Of a stretch of DNA of 64,000 nucleotides, positions 1 to 14,664 are shown one piece after another. The stretch lies in assembly GCA_973895155.1 (NCBI GenBank), contig OZ316894.1, forward strand, positions 9,200,234-9,264,233. Reading direction: 5' to 3'. The notes below the pieces were generated by a model. The model searched no databases. It saw nothing but the letters and a program-made list of their open reading frames with translations, and was not told where the DNA came from. Origin of the DNA: Marsupella aquatica (lineage: Eukaryota; Plantae; Marchantiophyta). The position numbers and the translations under genes are program-made. The stretch's first letter is position 1. Each line of letters begins with the position of its first letter.

Positions 1-3000
1 CCCTAAGAGCTTGTTTCACATTCTCAAGAGAGCCGATGTGATCAAACTTCACACCCACTTCGTGTGGGGGAATTACAGCGCTTATCAAAGCCTTTTCATA
101 CTCATCCTCTGCAGCTGTCTATCATCATGAACAAGCAGTTAGGGTAAATTTTTCATATGCAATGATGACTTGCTGAATGCAATACTAACAATCCCCAAAC
201 CAAAGAAGAGACGCACCAAGCGAGTGGTCAAAACCTTGTAATCCTTGGTGACTGGTTGAGTCTTCTTGCTGTCATTGTCTCGCAATCTGGTCAGTGCTCT
301 CTCCAGGCTGCAAGATTCAAATACGAAACAATCTGAATCAAAATTTCCTTCTTTACATAAAGCATCCATAAATCTTTTCACAGAACCTTTTCAAGATTCA
401 AAAAGGGTGAGAAGTAACACATGTCACCATTACACATCTTGAACTTAACTCAAAGTGATAAACAGGCAGGCACAAATCAGGAAAAAGAGATGCTAAACCA
501 TGTAGCTACTGTAATCTGTTGAGATAGACTGACCTGTCCCGAGGAATCATCAGCTTGCCATTGCTGGTTAAAGGAGTTGTACGACAAGACGCTAGAAGGT
601 GGTTCCTTGCCCAACTGACTACATTCTCAGCCCCTGCAAGTCATCCAATTTTGATTAGCGTAAGAATCATTTACTTCTGTACTGCACAAAATCGGCTGAA
701 AATCCCCCCAAGGAATGGCTCAAAATAGTACGAGATCTACAATCATTTAAATCACTGGATAAAACTTTACGTTAAGGCAGTTCTCAGGTATTTCAAAAGA
801 GCTGACGTCACACCAGATATCATCACTAATACAATTGCCAGCCTTCTTAAGCCCCGTTCTTTCTGATTCTAATCAAGCCCCTGAATCCAGATGATATTGG
901 AAGACACGAGATAAGTCCAACCATTTATTTTCAGGTTAGAGAATGTAAATGGACAATAGGAACTACTGGCAGGAGTAATTAGAAGTTTCACTTACTAGCA
1001 CTAGTTAGATGTAGTCCATAGAGATTTAGACTACTCAGATCATGGCACTCCATATTATGCAGCTCAAGGACCTGCAGCAGATATTCAAATCGGATTACAG
1101 TATAGTCAGATTTGATTATGGTTTAAATTCACGTACTCTTGTAAAAGTAGTTTGCCTTTCGATGTGCCAAAAACATCTTGCACTGGTTCATCCCTGAGTT
1201 CCTAAAAAAATGGGGACTGTCGTCCTGACGATCCTACAGAGAGGTAGAGGAAAGAAATGATGCAGCATAGAAGAAATCAAAAGTTACAAATGATTCAGGG
1301 GTAAATTGTTCCTTGAACCGATGGAACCACGACTGACCTTACTGAGAAGACGATTATTCAATTTTGCTTGACTAATTTCTTTGTGCGTGACCAATTGATC
1401 ATTCCAAGTCTTTAGAGCCTCGTCATCCTGCAGGTTGCCACAAAAGTTTAGGTATATTTTCTTAGTAGGTTGACAAGCAGCATTGCAATCGGGGATTAAT
1501 ATGCCGTTAGGAAACAGACTCAAAGTATACATATTATTTCAGCAAGGATTTATGTTCAGAGAACCAAAAAGAAAGTAACATCGATGTTTCAGAAGTTTGC
1601 TACTATAGCAAACGCGTTTGAGCAACTGTGTCTTTTGCTCAAGCCCCTACATGCCAAGGAATTAGCTCGATTCAATTCTTCTGTGTTTACATGGGTGGTG
1701 TGGATGCTTTTTTGAGTGGTTGGCATAAGCTAGCAAAATCACGCCACTGAAGACAAAACGATGTACTGCAGAGAATGAGACAAGAGAGTCGATCTAACTT
1801 CGAAACGAGTCCACCAATGTCAGAAAGTACTGCTACAATAACACTTTTAAAACTCGTGCTTAGTAACAGGATTGCGTAGTAAAATTGAGGGCTGTTGCAT
1901 GCAAAAGAATTCAAAATGAAACGAATCAAACCTGTGGAGGTGTAATTTTCACACTATTCACAAAAAGCTCGTATATGTCCTCGGTTCCCATGATGTCCTG
2001 TACTGAGAACTCTGGAGATGACTTCAAGTTCTGAAAGAAAGGGGCCGGGGGGGGGGGAGAAAGCTGAGCTAAATCGAAGTACATGACTACTCAACTGGAA
2101 TGAGAGCGAGAATTCCTAGAGATCAGCTTCCATGATATGAATTCCAAAAACAGCGATTTATGACCAATTTCTAAACGAGAAATTGACATTAAGAATTCGA
2201 AAGAACTGATCGTAGAATATATACCAGACGGTGTCGAATGTATTCCAGGTGAGCTTGCTGTACACCACAAAGGTTGAAGATTTTGTTAAGCCTTGACAAC
2301 TAGCCACAGCAAATAGATATGGAAGAAACTAGGTACAAGCGCCTTAGATATCAATCCATTTCAGACTAAGTCATTGGATTGCATCAAATGTAATCATCTA
2401 GTCTCGTCATGTATACAACGCCATAATCCTACATCATCATGATTCTTATATCCCAAAGAAAATGCAAAAGAGGACAACTCTAATTACCAATCTCTGACGC
2501 TCATTCTTATCAGAATCCTCTTCACTAGTGCGCCCTGCTATAATAACAACTGGACCGACAATGTGGTCAAGCTTGTGTTCGAATTGCAATAGAAATTCTT
2601 GCCGCTGTTCTTCAGACACTGCCCGCTCAAACCACTGTCGGGGATCTGGAAGATAGATGATTAGGGGCTTAGATGTCGAAGCAACCTGTGCCACACAAAG
2701 TTTTTGGTCAGAGGAAGCTCCCATGTTTCTACCCACATTTCCTGTAAATCTAAGGAGGTGGACTAGATACTTCCCTAATTTAGATAGGAAGTAATTTAGT
2801 ACACCAAGACTAGAATGTTTACTCAACAAGTTCTAAATGCCTTGTAGGGTTCCCAAATATTGACTTTACTAGAAAATAGGGCATGCTCGCAGAAGATGAC
2901 CAACAGTATAGAGATACGAAATAGCTGTTTAGATATGAAAGATACAGGACCAGTATTTTGCCTTGCACAACAGGACCGATGTAGCCAAAATTAAGCAAAA

Positions 3001-6000
3001 ACAGTATTCGAGAATTTAGTATAACGACCAAGTAGTTGAAGGACCATAACCAACGCAGGACAACCTCACAACTAGCCAGATGTAACCAAATTGGACTCAT
3101 ACAAATAGCGAAATACATTGGAGACAACCACGAGAATTAGTCCATAAAAAATGATGCCCCAATGCAAGCCCTCTCCCAGAGCTATCAACTGCTCCCTCTA
3201 CTCCTCATGCTTCGAGTAAAGATCTCCGAAGTAGGATTCTCGGATTTGATCCAGGCACACGATTTACCGTTCCATCTAATGCACCTTATTGTTTCCTTGA
3301 CATTACTGGGCATAGAACCTACCAGGTGAAATGGACTCTATGATAGATCCATCTCACTTAAGACAGCATAATTGGAAATTTAAAGCTCTTCAAAGTTGAA
3401 CTGATCTGTACGATCAACCACAAAAGCGAAAAAACGAAAGCCAACATACCTCAGAGAGAGCCTCGATAGCAGCAAACCACTCCTCTGTGTGGGCCACGGT
3501 TGGTCTATCATCAGGCTCCAATTCAGATACTGTTTAACATAAATGTCATTCGTTAGTTTACAGAAAAACTGACACCACGTCTCCGTGCCACCATAAACAC
3601 CACAGCCTAGTAAGTTAGTTACAACGAATTAGAGCGCAAAATTTAGACTCCCAATCCTATGGTACAAGCCTGTTTTGGTAGTTAAGAAAAATTCTATGCA
3701 GCATGCAACCAATCATCTGGTCAGGGTTTCAAATACATACAGTCACACCATTCAATGAGGTTGTGCCCCTTCTGGGTGTCTTCGGATTTTTTTTCGTCTT
3801 TCAAGTTGGAGTCAATTCTGTCAAATTTGACTCCAACTTTGCCAGTCATGTGCTTAGGAATAGACACAACACGCCCTCTCTGTCCAGCCTTCAGAATCTG
3901 CCTGTACCAGAAGTTCCACATTTTATATATTCTCATCTTGCAAATTTTCCACCAAAAAACACTGCTGACCAGCGTATCCAACCTGCTTCTTTTCTATGTA
4001 TTCACTAACGCTTTGAGAAATTAAAAGCAAATGAAATGAGATGATTGAAATAGACAAGAAAGCATACTCTCAAGTTCAAATGATACAGTCACTACCCACA
4101 TGCTCTCAAAGGCCTACTCTATTTCCATTTGCAGTGCCAGAAATGAGATACAGAGTTGAAAACAGATATTCAAAGATTTTACCATATTACCTGCCAGTAG
4201 AAGCTGCTTCTTCCTTTGTGCCTACATCATTGTTTGCTGAAAATCTGTCCATCATAGCACATGCAAACGCTCATGTGATCCTCAAATTCAAGTAGATACC
4301 GGGATTTCGACGCCATGCACAGATGAGACTTTGAAGTGAAATCCACTTTCAGGGCTTTCGTTCTTAAGGACACGATACTCTTTCTTTGGCTTACTTAGCA
4401 GTAACTAGTGTGCCGACTTCATTGTCAACACTATATTTGCAGTTACGCAACGAAGAACAAAATCGGAAACAAAATTTCCAGACCCACCCACTCTGTACGA
4501 TGGGGTAAATACAAGGTATTCGACAGCAACTGGTTTCATTGACACTAACACGTTAACCTGTTTTTCAGCTTTCTGTGTCTGATCTACTCTCTGGATATGC
4601 TCAATTGCTTGATGCGAAACCAGTCACGAGCTAGAACGGTACACACAAATATGAATGAAAGCTATCAGAAAAAAAATAAGGAACAGCTGTGTCATACCTG
4701 TTTAAAGAATTAGCACTATCACGTCCGACGTATTTTACACGATCACCTTTGAGAGCCACAAGAAAATTTCCAAAACTGTTAACTGAATGTACTTAGCCCC
4801 CACTCTGAGTCAATCAAATTCACGTAAGACCAATATCGACGGCCGACCTCAACAAAAGTTGTTCTAGAAGCCACCCTTAGACGATTGGGCAACGAGACAT
4901 AACGGGGCCAAGTCAGTTCAAGAAATGTCCTGCCTGAATCGTGAACCAGAGAGTCAATAGAATCCGTGAATCTAGTTGGTACACAATATTTTCAGGTATA
5001 AGTGGGGCACCAAGCTCTCCCTACCCTTCTTGATAGAAAAATCCGATTCTGAGTCATCTTGTTGCGCCTCCTGGGAGTCACTTGCATTATGGTTGTGGAC
5101 CTAGTACAGCAAACACCAAGTCAAACAAATATAGATCGCATGATTCGTTCTATTCACGGAAATACATCTACCAAGGTGAACATCTACTAAAGGAAATCAC
5201 GAACCTCTAAAACATTTACGAGGCCACCAAATACCTCCAAGAGCTTTCTTCGAAGGCCATCTGCACTATCTGACGTGACTCCTAATAGAGTCACGACTGG
5301 CATCTTGTAGCTCTCATCGTCAGAGTGTTTCTCAGCCTCAGTTTCCTCTGCTTCCTCATTACTACTGTCCAAAGTGGTATCTTTCTCTTGCCATTTTGAA
5401 TCATTTTGATCCCAATCCTCAAATTGAGATTCTTCACTGCTCTCGACATCAGACTCCGAGGATGATTCTTGATCTCCGAAGTCCTGCAAACTGAGACATA
5501 TAAATGTACCGTCGAGCAGATTGACTCATATAAACGATTCTTCTTCTGAACAATGCTGAAATGGTGAGGGTACACATCTTGAGCAGCCACGCACTCAGAC
5601 AACTAGCAAGCGCCTGTAAGCTGAATCTTCCACACAGAAGTCTAATCGATCCAGAGGACTGTAACAAATAACACCAGGGGATGCTTGACGGTTTACATGA
5701 GGTGAAAGAACAGTGCTGTCAATAATGAGAAGAGATGCTTGCAGCTCATGAGCGATTGCTTCCACTAATTTTTCTTGATAGAGTTCTGTGCCTGCATTGG
5801 GACAATGAGGAATGTTGTTACAAAACCGGACTCTGTCAAAGTTCAGATAAAGGAATGTGTAAACTTGAGTAGAGCACGGGTAAATTAGAAGAGTGTTATC
5901 GAAAACTTATGCATACCGGGTTGGCCATTAAGCACTACTCTGCGGTTAGAAGAAGGTAGCCCAGAGCCATAGGCAGCAAAATTGGGGTGTCTCAAATGTG

Positions 6001-7586
6001 CTGCCACACAATCCAGCAGCAACTCCCTTGTGGTGTCACTGCAAAATCAGCGATAGAATACGAGCATGTTATAGCCATCCCTGTACTCAGGAAGACCGAA
6101 GAATGAAATGACAAACTTGTAGTACCCAGAGCGAATTTGACGGTATGGCCTACTACAATACTGCAAAAGCAAAATGTACAGATGAGGCAACAGCAATTCT
6201 CAGTAATCTCATGAGAGCCCAGAAGTGAAATACCGCCTTGACCTCTCAGAATCTAAATGCAAAACGTAGTAAAGCAGGCCAACCCACCCCACGCAGATGC
6301 ATATTACTGGAAACCAAGTGTCAATCCCGAGCTTATTGCAGTATTTCCCTTCGCCATCTAATTGATGACCACGTAATTGTTGGGGTCCGGTACCTCGGCG
6401 ATGAGCCGAAAGGGTGGAACAAGGCGAAGGCCCTAACATACTGAAGCTCCAGCCCTCTATTACCACAGACAAATTTCGTAGATTGCTTTTAAACGCTAAA
6501 ACGTCGTGGAGTTAACTTTCCGGAGTAGATAGGAAAGGAAACAGGCATACTAAACAAATGGGCTTAGGCCTTGGCTACAAAAATGATTTCTCGAGCAAAT
6601 TACAGCTTGGGAAGATGATAGCAAAGACAATACTAGTAACAATGACAGGGAGGACACGAGCATAGAGAAACACTTATCTCTGTGAGACCTGTTGAGCACC
6701 CGTTGACATTTCAATAAACTCTAGACAAGGAAATTGACTCTAATGACCCGTTTAGATTAATGTATAAATATTCATTCATTCCTCAATTCTTGCATATCAT
6801 GGAGCCTGCCGCAAACGGTGACAACCTGATCAAACGGGACAAAACTCAGCAATTTTTTTCTCCTCGCACGTACCTCAGGTAGTAAGGAAATGTTGATAGG
6901 TCTTGGTCAAGGCTCTCCCAATCCACTATGCGCTTATCGAATTCTTTCTTGAACCTTGCTTTCTGGGCCCAGAAAAGGGCTTCTGCATTTGCTTCCTCCG
7001 ACCTTATCCGCTCTTTCTCGTTCTCTAACTTCCTCGACCTTCCCTCTACCGCCAGCTCAGCCTGCTCCTTGTAACCCTCACTATCATCCTCGCCACCACC
7101 AAATTCTTCCGTTAATAATTTACTCTGATCTGTCGACACTTCCTCGTCTACATCTTGCACAGATAAAATGCGCTCCTTCTCACTATCTTGCTCATCTGCT
7201 CCGCCATCTGCCAATGGGATCGCGTGCTGCCTTTCGTCGCTACCTCTGTCATCGCGATCACCGCTACTTACAGATCTGGCAAATCCAACAGGAAAGCGCA
7301 ACGAGCCTACCTTGCTTTGGTAGACTTCACCCCGGGTGGCCCTACATTGAAAGCAAAGTGAAGGTAGCAAGCCTTGCGAAATGGTGGCAATCATACGCTT
7401 TTCAACCAAATTGCGGAGTTGGGGGTTGATCTCCTGGGCCCTAAAATTCGAGGGCCCTCTATAGACACTTTCACGGCCAATGGATAAATACCTCGAGCCC
7501 GCGAAGGACGGAATCAAACCTTTGGTGTACAATATGAGATTTTCCTGCAGCCTTCCCGAATGCCGCTTCCATGCCATAGCATACAT
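1..7586 (-). CDS. AAA+ ATPase (P-loop NTPase, At1g50140/At3g19740-like, MSP1/spastin-related clade); 5' part only, continues beyond position 1
   Basis: GT-AG exons keep one reading frame: 7586-6874, 6038-5917, 5791-5697, 5483-5205, 5100-5025, 4746-4698, (4244-4191), 3901-3741, 3529-3450, 2685-2488, 2257-2225, 2030-1932, 1427-1338, 1071-996, 633-534, 307-235, 118-1. Family motifs: FKKEF..IVDWE..FPYYL, GTELYQEKLVEAIA, KKGDRVKYVG, PLIIYLPD, AENVVSWARNH, DEYEKALISAVIPPHEVGVKFDHIGSLENVK (just before Walker A). Confidence 0.92.
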
Positions 7587-8721
7587 TGTGACGCTAAGCA
7601 AAACACCAAAGGAGAAAACTAGCCGCGAAGTTTCCGTTTATAGCCTTCATCGGCCACCTTGAAGAGCCTCAAACCAGACACCGGATTGTTCAAGCTGGAA
7701 GCACGAGAGCAAAAGAGAGAAGAAAATGTGGAAAATTCCCAAGAGGTAAACCTAAACCTATTCGAATATCGTGCACCTTGTAGAAAATCGGATCATCCGC
7801 GAGCATTGAAAAATCCTCAATGCGGTCGGGCTGAGATTGAGAACCTGAGTCCGTCCAGATAAATTACAAGTCACGTTCCCCATTGCTATGTCATGAGTGA
7901 CAAATAATCAGCATCCTTCTTCAACTCCGAACTGTTTCGACGTGTGATCCGGCTGAATGAAAGGGCACGTACAGCGTGCTATCCTGTACGTATTGAAAGT
8001 GAACAAAACCAGGGGTAGAAGCTGGCCACACGTCCAGCTCTCGACGATCAATCAATTACAAGAGCAGAAGGTTCTCAGCGAACTAAAGCATTTTCATCGT
8101 CGCAACAGCTTCAAATCCAGGATCGAAAATTTTCGAAATCCTCCACATCTCCCGAACGACGAATCCGGAAAACCTGTACCGTCTCTCACTTCCTATTGCC
8201 ACCAATTTCCCGCACCGATTTCAAAATCACCGCTCTGAATTAATTAATTTCCCCTTGCCCTAGTCCTCCGCAAGAACATTACCCAATACGCACTTTCAGG
8301 GTAACCTCGTGCACAACCATGACGCAGAATTAGCATTGAAGTCTCAGAATGGGAACGACAAAGCTAAACTGCGACCTGCATCGGCTCGAGACCACAGAGT
8401 TCACCCAAATGTGAATCCTTCAAGAATTCCAAACCGCGTTTTCCTGTAAGTGACTCCCCACGCATTTGAAGAAGGCCGAGATTTTCTCGTCAATTCACGG
8501 TACAAGTTATTTGGGGCGGAGAGAATTGTACGCTGGCAGACTAGATTCGAGAGGGAAGGCGGTCATGAAATGAACGCATTATTAATCGAATGTGGGGAAT
8601 GGACGTGGGCAGAGGATTCGACGGAATGCAAAACGGAGAGGGAGGAACGGAGGAAGGAACAAAACTGATGGACTAAATTGATGCTCCTGTTCTGTGTACA
8701 GAGCAAGGAACCATGAATCGC

Positions 8722-9195
8722 CTGACACCTTTTACACCTTAGCTCATTGATACCCTTTTGTGACACCTTTTACACCTTGGCTCATTGATACCCTTTTGTG
8801 ACACCTTTTACACCTTGGCCCATTCATACCCTTATGTGCCACGGTTGCTCCTTGATACCCTCTGTGACATCTCTTACACCTGCACTCATTATACCCTTCT
8901 ATGATACCCTTTAATATGCTTGTTTATACCCTTCTGTGACACCTCTTACACCTTTGCTCATTGATACCTTTCTGTAACAATCCTTACACCATTGCTCATT
9001 GATACCCTTCTGTGACATCTCTTACACTTTCACTCATTGATACCCTTCTGTGACACCTTCTCTCATTGATACCCTTCCGACACCTTTTACCACCTTGATG
9101 ATACCCTTCTGGTTTGCACCCTTTTCTGACACATTTCACCACCTTCACTCCTCAATGCCCTATTGTGACAACTTTTACACCTAGTCTCGTTGCTA
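8722..9195. repeat. Minisatellite, ~38-bp unit (GACACCTTTTACACCTTRGCTCATTGATACCCTTYTGT), about 11-12 degenerate copies
   Basis: Tandem units are directly visible; one further unit resumes at ~9767-9810 after the MULE-like insertion. Confidence 0.9.
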
Positions 9196-9766
9196 AAGGT
9201 ATATGTTTGATGGGAACCTGCCAAAACAAAGTTAAGTGATATACTCTTATGAAACTTTTGTTTACAAGCTAGGCCCCATGTGACACTTTTGTGTTAGATA
9301 TTCTTGTAAAGTTACTACAAGGAACTTCAGCTTGATATTATCACCAATAAGAGCTACTTTAAAGCTTAGAGTCAAACCATGTTGAATGACAAACTACACT
9401 TTTGAGGGGAACCATGGAATAATAGAGGCCGCCACGCTAATTGTGAGTTCCTAAATGAAGACAAATATGGTTCATGTCTTCAAGTTTGGATTCTACCATA
9501 CCATCCATCTTTAGGTTGGTTCATGCAAACTATGCACACAGTTTGCATAATGTTTTGATATTTCTCTTTGTTCTTTTGTCTAAGTATGGAATGAATCATC
9601 TAGTTTTGGCCATTGGCCACTAATGTAACCTTAAAAATTGTCCCAAGTGTGGAAGGAAGACACATGTGTATGGAACCTATGCAGGGGGCCTAGTTTGTAA
9701 CAAAAGTTTAGTAGGGGCCTATCACATAAATTTGTTTTGGCTAGGGTCCCATCAAACATATACCTC
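9196..9766. mobile_element. Non-autonomous Mutator-like element (MITE-sized)
   Basis: ~45-bp TIRs (AGGTATATGTTTGATGGGA..GCCAAAACAAA / TTTGTTTTGGCTAGGGTCCCATCAAACATATACCTC). Imperfect 10-bp TSD CTCGTTGCTA/ATCATTGCTA. Same GAGGTATATG-type terminus as the element at 32901. Confidence 0.75.
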
Positions 9767-10104
9767 ATCATTGCTACCATTCTGACACCTTTTACACCTT
9801 ATACTTGATGAGTAATATGTACTATATGAGCAGAAATGCATTTTTCTTCAGTCCATCCACGTTGCAAAAGTCTATCCAAGCATTTTGGCAAAAGTGTAGG
9901 TCCATCTGGGCTTCTTTCTGAGATGGAATTGATGATTGCCAAAATAACCCTCAAAGAGAAAACTGCCAAATAGTGCTTCACCATCCTACTCCCCCTAAGT
10001 GGAAGCTCTGATGGAAACAATTTTGATGTGATGCCCAAATGGAGCTGATATTTACAAATCAAACATTTACATTTTTTTCTTGTATAATAGTGTTTACACT
10101 TGTG

Positions 10105-10426
10105 TGTTGAACTATGACGTCTTCCTTTATAACGATACAATCATGATTTATACCATGCACACATAATTGACACAATTCATACGTGGTTCACCTCTTCTCC
10201 AAGGCTAGAACACTCCAACTTTACTTCAGAGTAGTCGAACATACAAGCTCTCTCTCTTCCTCAAGTTGCTTCGTTACAATGAGCAAGCACTACATACCAT
10301 CGACTTACACTAGCCATGGTATATGCAAGGTCACACACAACTAACCTAACCTCAGCTAAGTCCCTAACTGAGGTTAACCTAATTGCCGTAACCTTTGAGT
10401 CACAAGACTAAGAGCAATCCTTAACA
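10105..10426 (-). mobile_element. Solo LTR (Copia-type family)
   Basis: TGTTGA...TTAACA termini; perfect 5-bp TSD TTGTG (10100-10104 and 10427-10431); similar to the LTRs at 25963 and 32293. Confidence 0.85.
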
Positions 10427-13279
10427 TTGTGTTCCAAAACTGACATGTAACCACACATTTGACAAATAATAAGAATATGTTCAATGGATTCCATTACCAA
10501 TATGTCCGTGCAATGGCCTCTGTATCTGTAAATTTACTCATATAGTATGGTTTATTTTTTGTTTTCAAAAATTGATATGTAACCATGGGTATGACACGTA
10601 GCGGGAAAGTTTTTGATGGATTCCTCTTGTATTATGCAATGGCCTCAAGTAATACAGGTTACACCTTTGTTCCAAAATGACATGTGAACATGGATTTGAC
10701 CCATAATTAGTAAGTTCTTGATGGATTCCTGTTGTATGAAGTCCATGCACTTCTGTTCATATATACAACTGAAGGAATTTGGTTACTGTGTATGTGATCT
10801 CTTACACTTCCATATCATGACACTCTAAGGTTCTGGGAGTATTGTGACATTGTAAAGTTCCTGTGTCAATCTGAGTAGTAGTGCCAAACTTACGTGCTCA
10901 TCAGAATTTCCCCACTGCTCCCTAACCTGACCATAATTTCTAACCTACCCCCAACCCATATGTGGTCACCTTAGCCTGTCAAATCTAACCCAGGGCAATG
11001 AGCATAGCCCACACTGCTGCTGCCCCTATCCCTCACCATGCTCTCTGCAATCCCCTTTCCCCCTCATCACATTTCCCAGCCCCTCCCCTCCCACCATCAT
11101 GCTTTGCTGGTCCATGCTGCACCCTGCCAATAAGTGAGGTTTCAATTTCACACCATGGCAGAAAAGAAATGGTAGACACCAAGGTTGACATTATGAGGGT
11201 GGACAATGTGATGAAAAGTGGGGACGAGAGTGGGGACTGGGTTGACAACAAGTTTCATTCTCGGCCAATGGGAGCCCATCCAAGGTTATTAAAATTGGTT
11301 GAATAAATTACTTCACATGGTTTAGAGGGCTACTCATTTATAAAATAGTTTGGGAGCAAGTTAGAAATAATGGTCAATTTGGGGATAGGTTCATTAAACA
11401 CTGAATTCCCGACTGAATTACCATATTGCAGTACAAGTTGTCATAATTATGAAATGATGTTGAGAAGAAAATGATCCCCAGATAGACCAAGCTTCTAAAC
11501 CCCCTTTTACCCTCAGTTTCAGACACGCTTCCAGCTTCCAAAATATCTTGAGCGGCAATTATTTCCCTTATTCTCCTAAGTTGCTATAACATCAAATTGG
11601 CTTCCCTGGGCTCATTAGAAGCCGCTTGGAAAGACTTTTCCATTGAGCCTAGTGTCACAAACTTTTTTCAGAATTGAGAGACCTCTCCAAAGATAACATC
11701 CTCACTAAGCAGACACTCTTTCCAAAAGTTGTGACCAACAAACGTTGCCCTTCCATTGTTTCCCTCAATAGACCTATCTGTAGACTCATGTCTTCATATG
11801 TGTTGGTGCATCATTTGAAAACTTTCTTACATCTATTTGATTGCCAACAAAAACTCATGCAAATCTTGTTGTGCTATTTGTGTCATCTCATGCCATTTTT
11901 TGTCAAAAAGAGTCACCAATTATGCCTGGTTGAGCAAGTTTGCAGATAGGTTTTCTTAAATTGAAAACTTCTTGGAAAAGTTGCACTAAAGCAGTCACCA
12001 CCTTTAAAAATAGATCTAGTGTTCATAAATTTGGTGGTTCATATGTGGGAACCTTAGACAGGGCTTGGAAAGAGCTTTGAATGCCAGTGGTCAACTAGAA
12101 AACACCATTGGATCCAAGTTCAAATCTGAATAAACATTTTTTGTATTGTTTTGATCAAAGTTTCCTAAAGCATATGAATTAAAATAAAAAAGTGTTCCTT
12201 TTTATACCTTTTATAAAGTGAAACAGGTCATTTAAATTTAAGTTAATAAAATATTTATTGAATACTCTCCTCACAAGACTACTTTCATTAAATAACCAGT
12301 AGCATTATGACAATGGGACAAGGATACTTACAATTACAAAATTAAACATGTAGCTCTAAACCACTCAGATGATGACAAATTTTTGAAATTGTAATCCTTT
12401 ATTCTATCTAAAATTGTAATATATCACTGCCAAAGAACCAAACAAGATTTTAAAAACAAATATTTTAATAACAATTTCTACAATATATGTTAAAATAACC
12501 TTATTTTTTGTTGCCCATGATGGTTTGCATCGCCCCAAGATAGGTTTGGTATGCAAATGCAGCAGACAATGCAGGCAAGAGTTACTCAGCACCAGATTCA
12601 GGTCAAGTGAAGTCCCTGTCAAGGTATTGCTCATGGGTTTAAAATATATTATATATGTTTCACCGGAGTTGAATTGACACTAATTCTCCTCTTCGCTATG
12701 GTATCTTGAACGCAGGCTTGAATGTCAACAAAGTCCACTATGAGGCAAGTTAGTGAATGTTGCATAGAGTTGGGGCCAAATTGGTCCTGGCATTTTGGCA
12801 AAGCTTGGGACAAGCTTCAAGACAAGCTAGCTAGTTGGGCCATGGCATGTCCTGGAGGCAGGGTGGTCATCCGGTGACAAAAAGAAAGTGGGGAAGTTTA
12901 GGCGGCACCTAATAGAGGGGCTATTCTGGACAAACAGTAGGTGCCGACCTTAGCTTCAGCTTATGGCTAGGCCACATAGGCTTGGGAGGCTCTATCCGCT
13001 AATATACTTACTAACAACTATTGAGTTTGAGGTAAGACAATGGTCTTTGGATCCGAGATCAAGGCAGGTTACTTATTGATGCGGTTGGTTGCTTGTGTTG
13101 GTAGTAGGGGCTATTGAGCAACAATCGTGTGGAGGAGCAAGTGCGGCTTCGTATGGGAGGTGCCGCTGGCAATGATAGAGCCATTAAGTTGCTTGTTCAT
13201 GGAGTTTTGTGTAGGCGTTGAGTACCAATAGTGGCAAGGTGTTGGGTTATGTGAGGGTGCTGGGTGGCTAGGTCCACCA

Positions 13280-13455
13280 CTAATGTAAATAGGAACCATG
13301 ACAAAAAGCATGCATTGTCATCATTTGACATACATCATATCCATCATTCTTTCTATCCACAAGGTGGGGCCCTAGAGTCACGGTCTAGAGGCTTCACTCT
13401 AGAAGCCTAGACCTCAATTCTAGCTTCTCTTTGAGCTTTATAAGTAAGATTACAC
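13280..13455 (+). repeat. Dispersed repeat copy containing the hairpin GGTCTAGAG-GCTTCA-CTCTAGA
   Basis: Aligns by eye to the reverse complement of 49110-49290 and directly to 51660-51960. Confidence 0.7.
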
Positions 13456-14664
13456 AAGAACAATAGTCTCAGTGTTTGGGTCAAGAACCAATGTTTCCTA
13501 GCCTCCAAGGGGGAGCAAGTCTGATTAATGCTTCAAAGAAGACTATGTTGTATATCAAAGAGGGCCTTCAAAATGCACAGAGAACACAAAGTGGCCGAGA
13601 AAGTGGCATAAGGAACTTCAAGAACTAGTTTCTCTAGAATAGTGTATTTTGTGCAATGTGACTAATATATTGGGGGTTTACAACAACTAATAGTTCTTGA
13701 CATTTATGCATTCACCTGTCAAAACCCAAACATGAATTGGATCTAGAGACAAGGGGAAGAGTGTTGTTTTGAACCATGATTGTTGTGTTGAGTGTGTTTC
13801 AGTTGAGGATATATGCTGATGACCATCCAACGACCAAACCTGGTAGCATTTTTGCCATCAATGACCTCAAACCAAAACCATAACGCTTCTCCTGTCCCTT
13901 CACATTGGGGGTGGATCTTGTGCTGCACCCTTGCCCCAATACCCCCTCCCCCTCATTGCCCCCCCTACTCGAGGCCTGGTCAAGGGTTTGGGAGAGGATG
14001 CTGAGGTTAGGTTTTGGATTGCCAAGACCCTTGGATGCAAAAACCTGGAAAGATGTCGACCATCAGCTCTTTCCAAGCTAACGAGAGTTACTTTCCTTAA
14101 GAAATAGGTGGCACCGTAGTAAGAAAACTACAAAGAGTCAGAACGTATATGTTTTGAAGAAATGTGGCAATTTAATGTAGAAAATTGTACTTCAAAAAAT
14201 CTGAATTTTTATAAGTAGAAAACTTTAAAGTTTGAGAATAAGCATGGATGGACCTCCGAGTTTGCAAAAATTCCAGGATAGACTTGCACAACTAGCATAT
14301 TCAAAAACCCTCTTTTTAGTTCAGCATACGTTATACACTGGAGGATGAGAAGTGACAAGAAAACAAGACTCCCAATCTTTGGAAATTTGTGGCTTTCTCA
14401 ATTCTTTAAGCACATGTCATGGTTTGTACAAGAGGCTCTGGAGGGCTTTGGGTTGCCCAGGGTTTCCGTTTCCTAAGCCAACTAAAGTTACTTTAGTTAC
14501 TAGTGGTGAAAAACGGGGCAATGCAATATTCAACACATCTGTGCATGTAGCTTTGTTGAGTTGTTTTTTGCCAACCCCCTCAATAACAAGCCTTTTTTTT
14601 GCGTCACAAGGAGACCTTACTTACCACCCAGGAAAGGGAGCTGTAGAGCATCTGGTGTGTTAAG

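Noticed and set aside
4558-4640. Possible additional AAA ATPase exon ending at a CAG|GT donor at 4558
   Set aside because: Every nearby acceptor gives an in-frame stop; it cannot be supported as coding.
6956-7429. 157-aa plus-strand ORF, and similar ORFs at 20112-20617, 37545-38969 and 54454-55167
   Set aside because: These are antisense or alternative-frame shadows of real coding exons.
10998-13311. Several 60-100-aa ORFs
   Set aside because: No recognisable motifs or exon structure; likely decayed repeat sequence.
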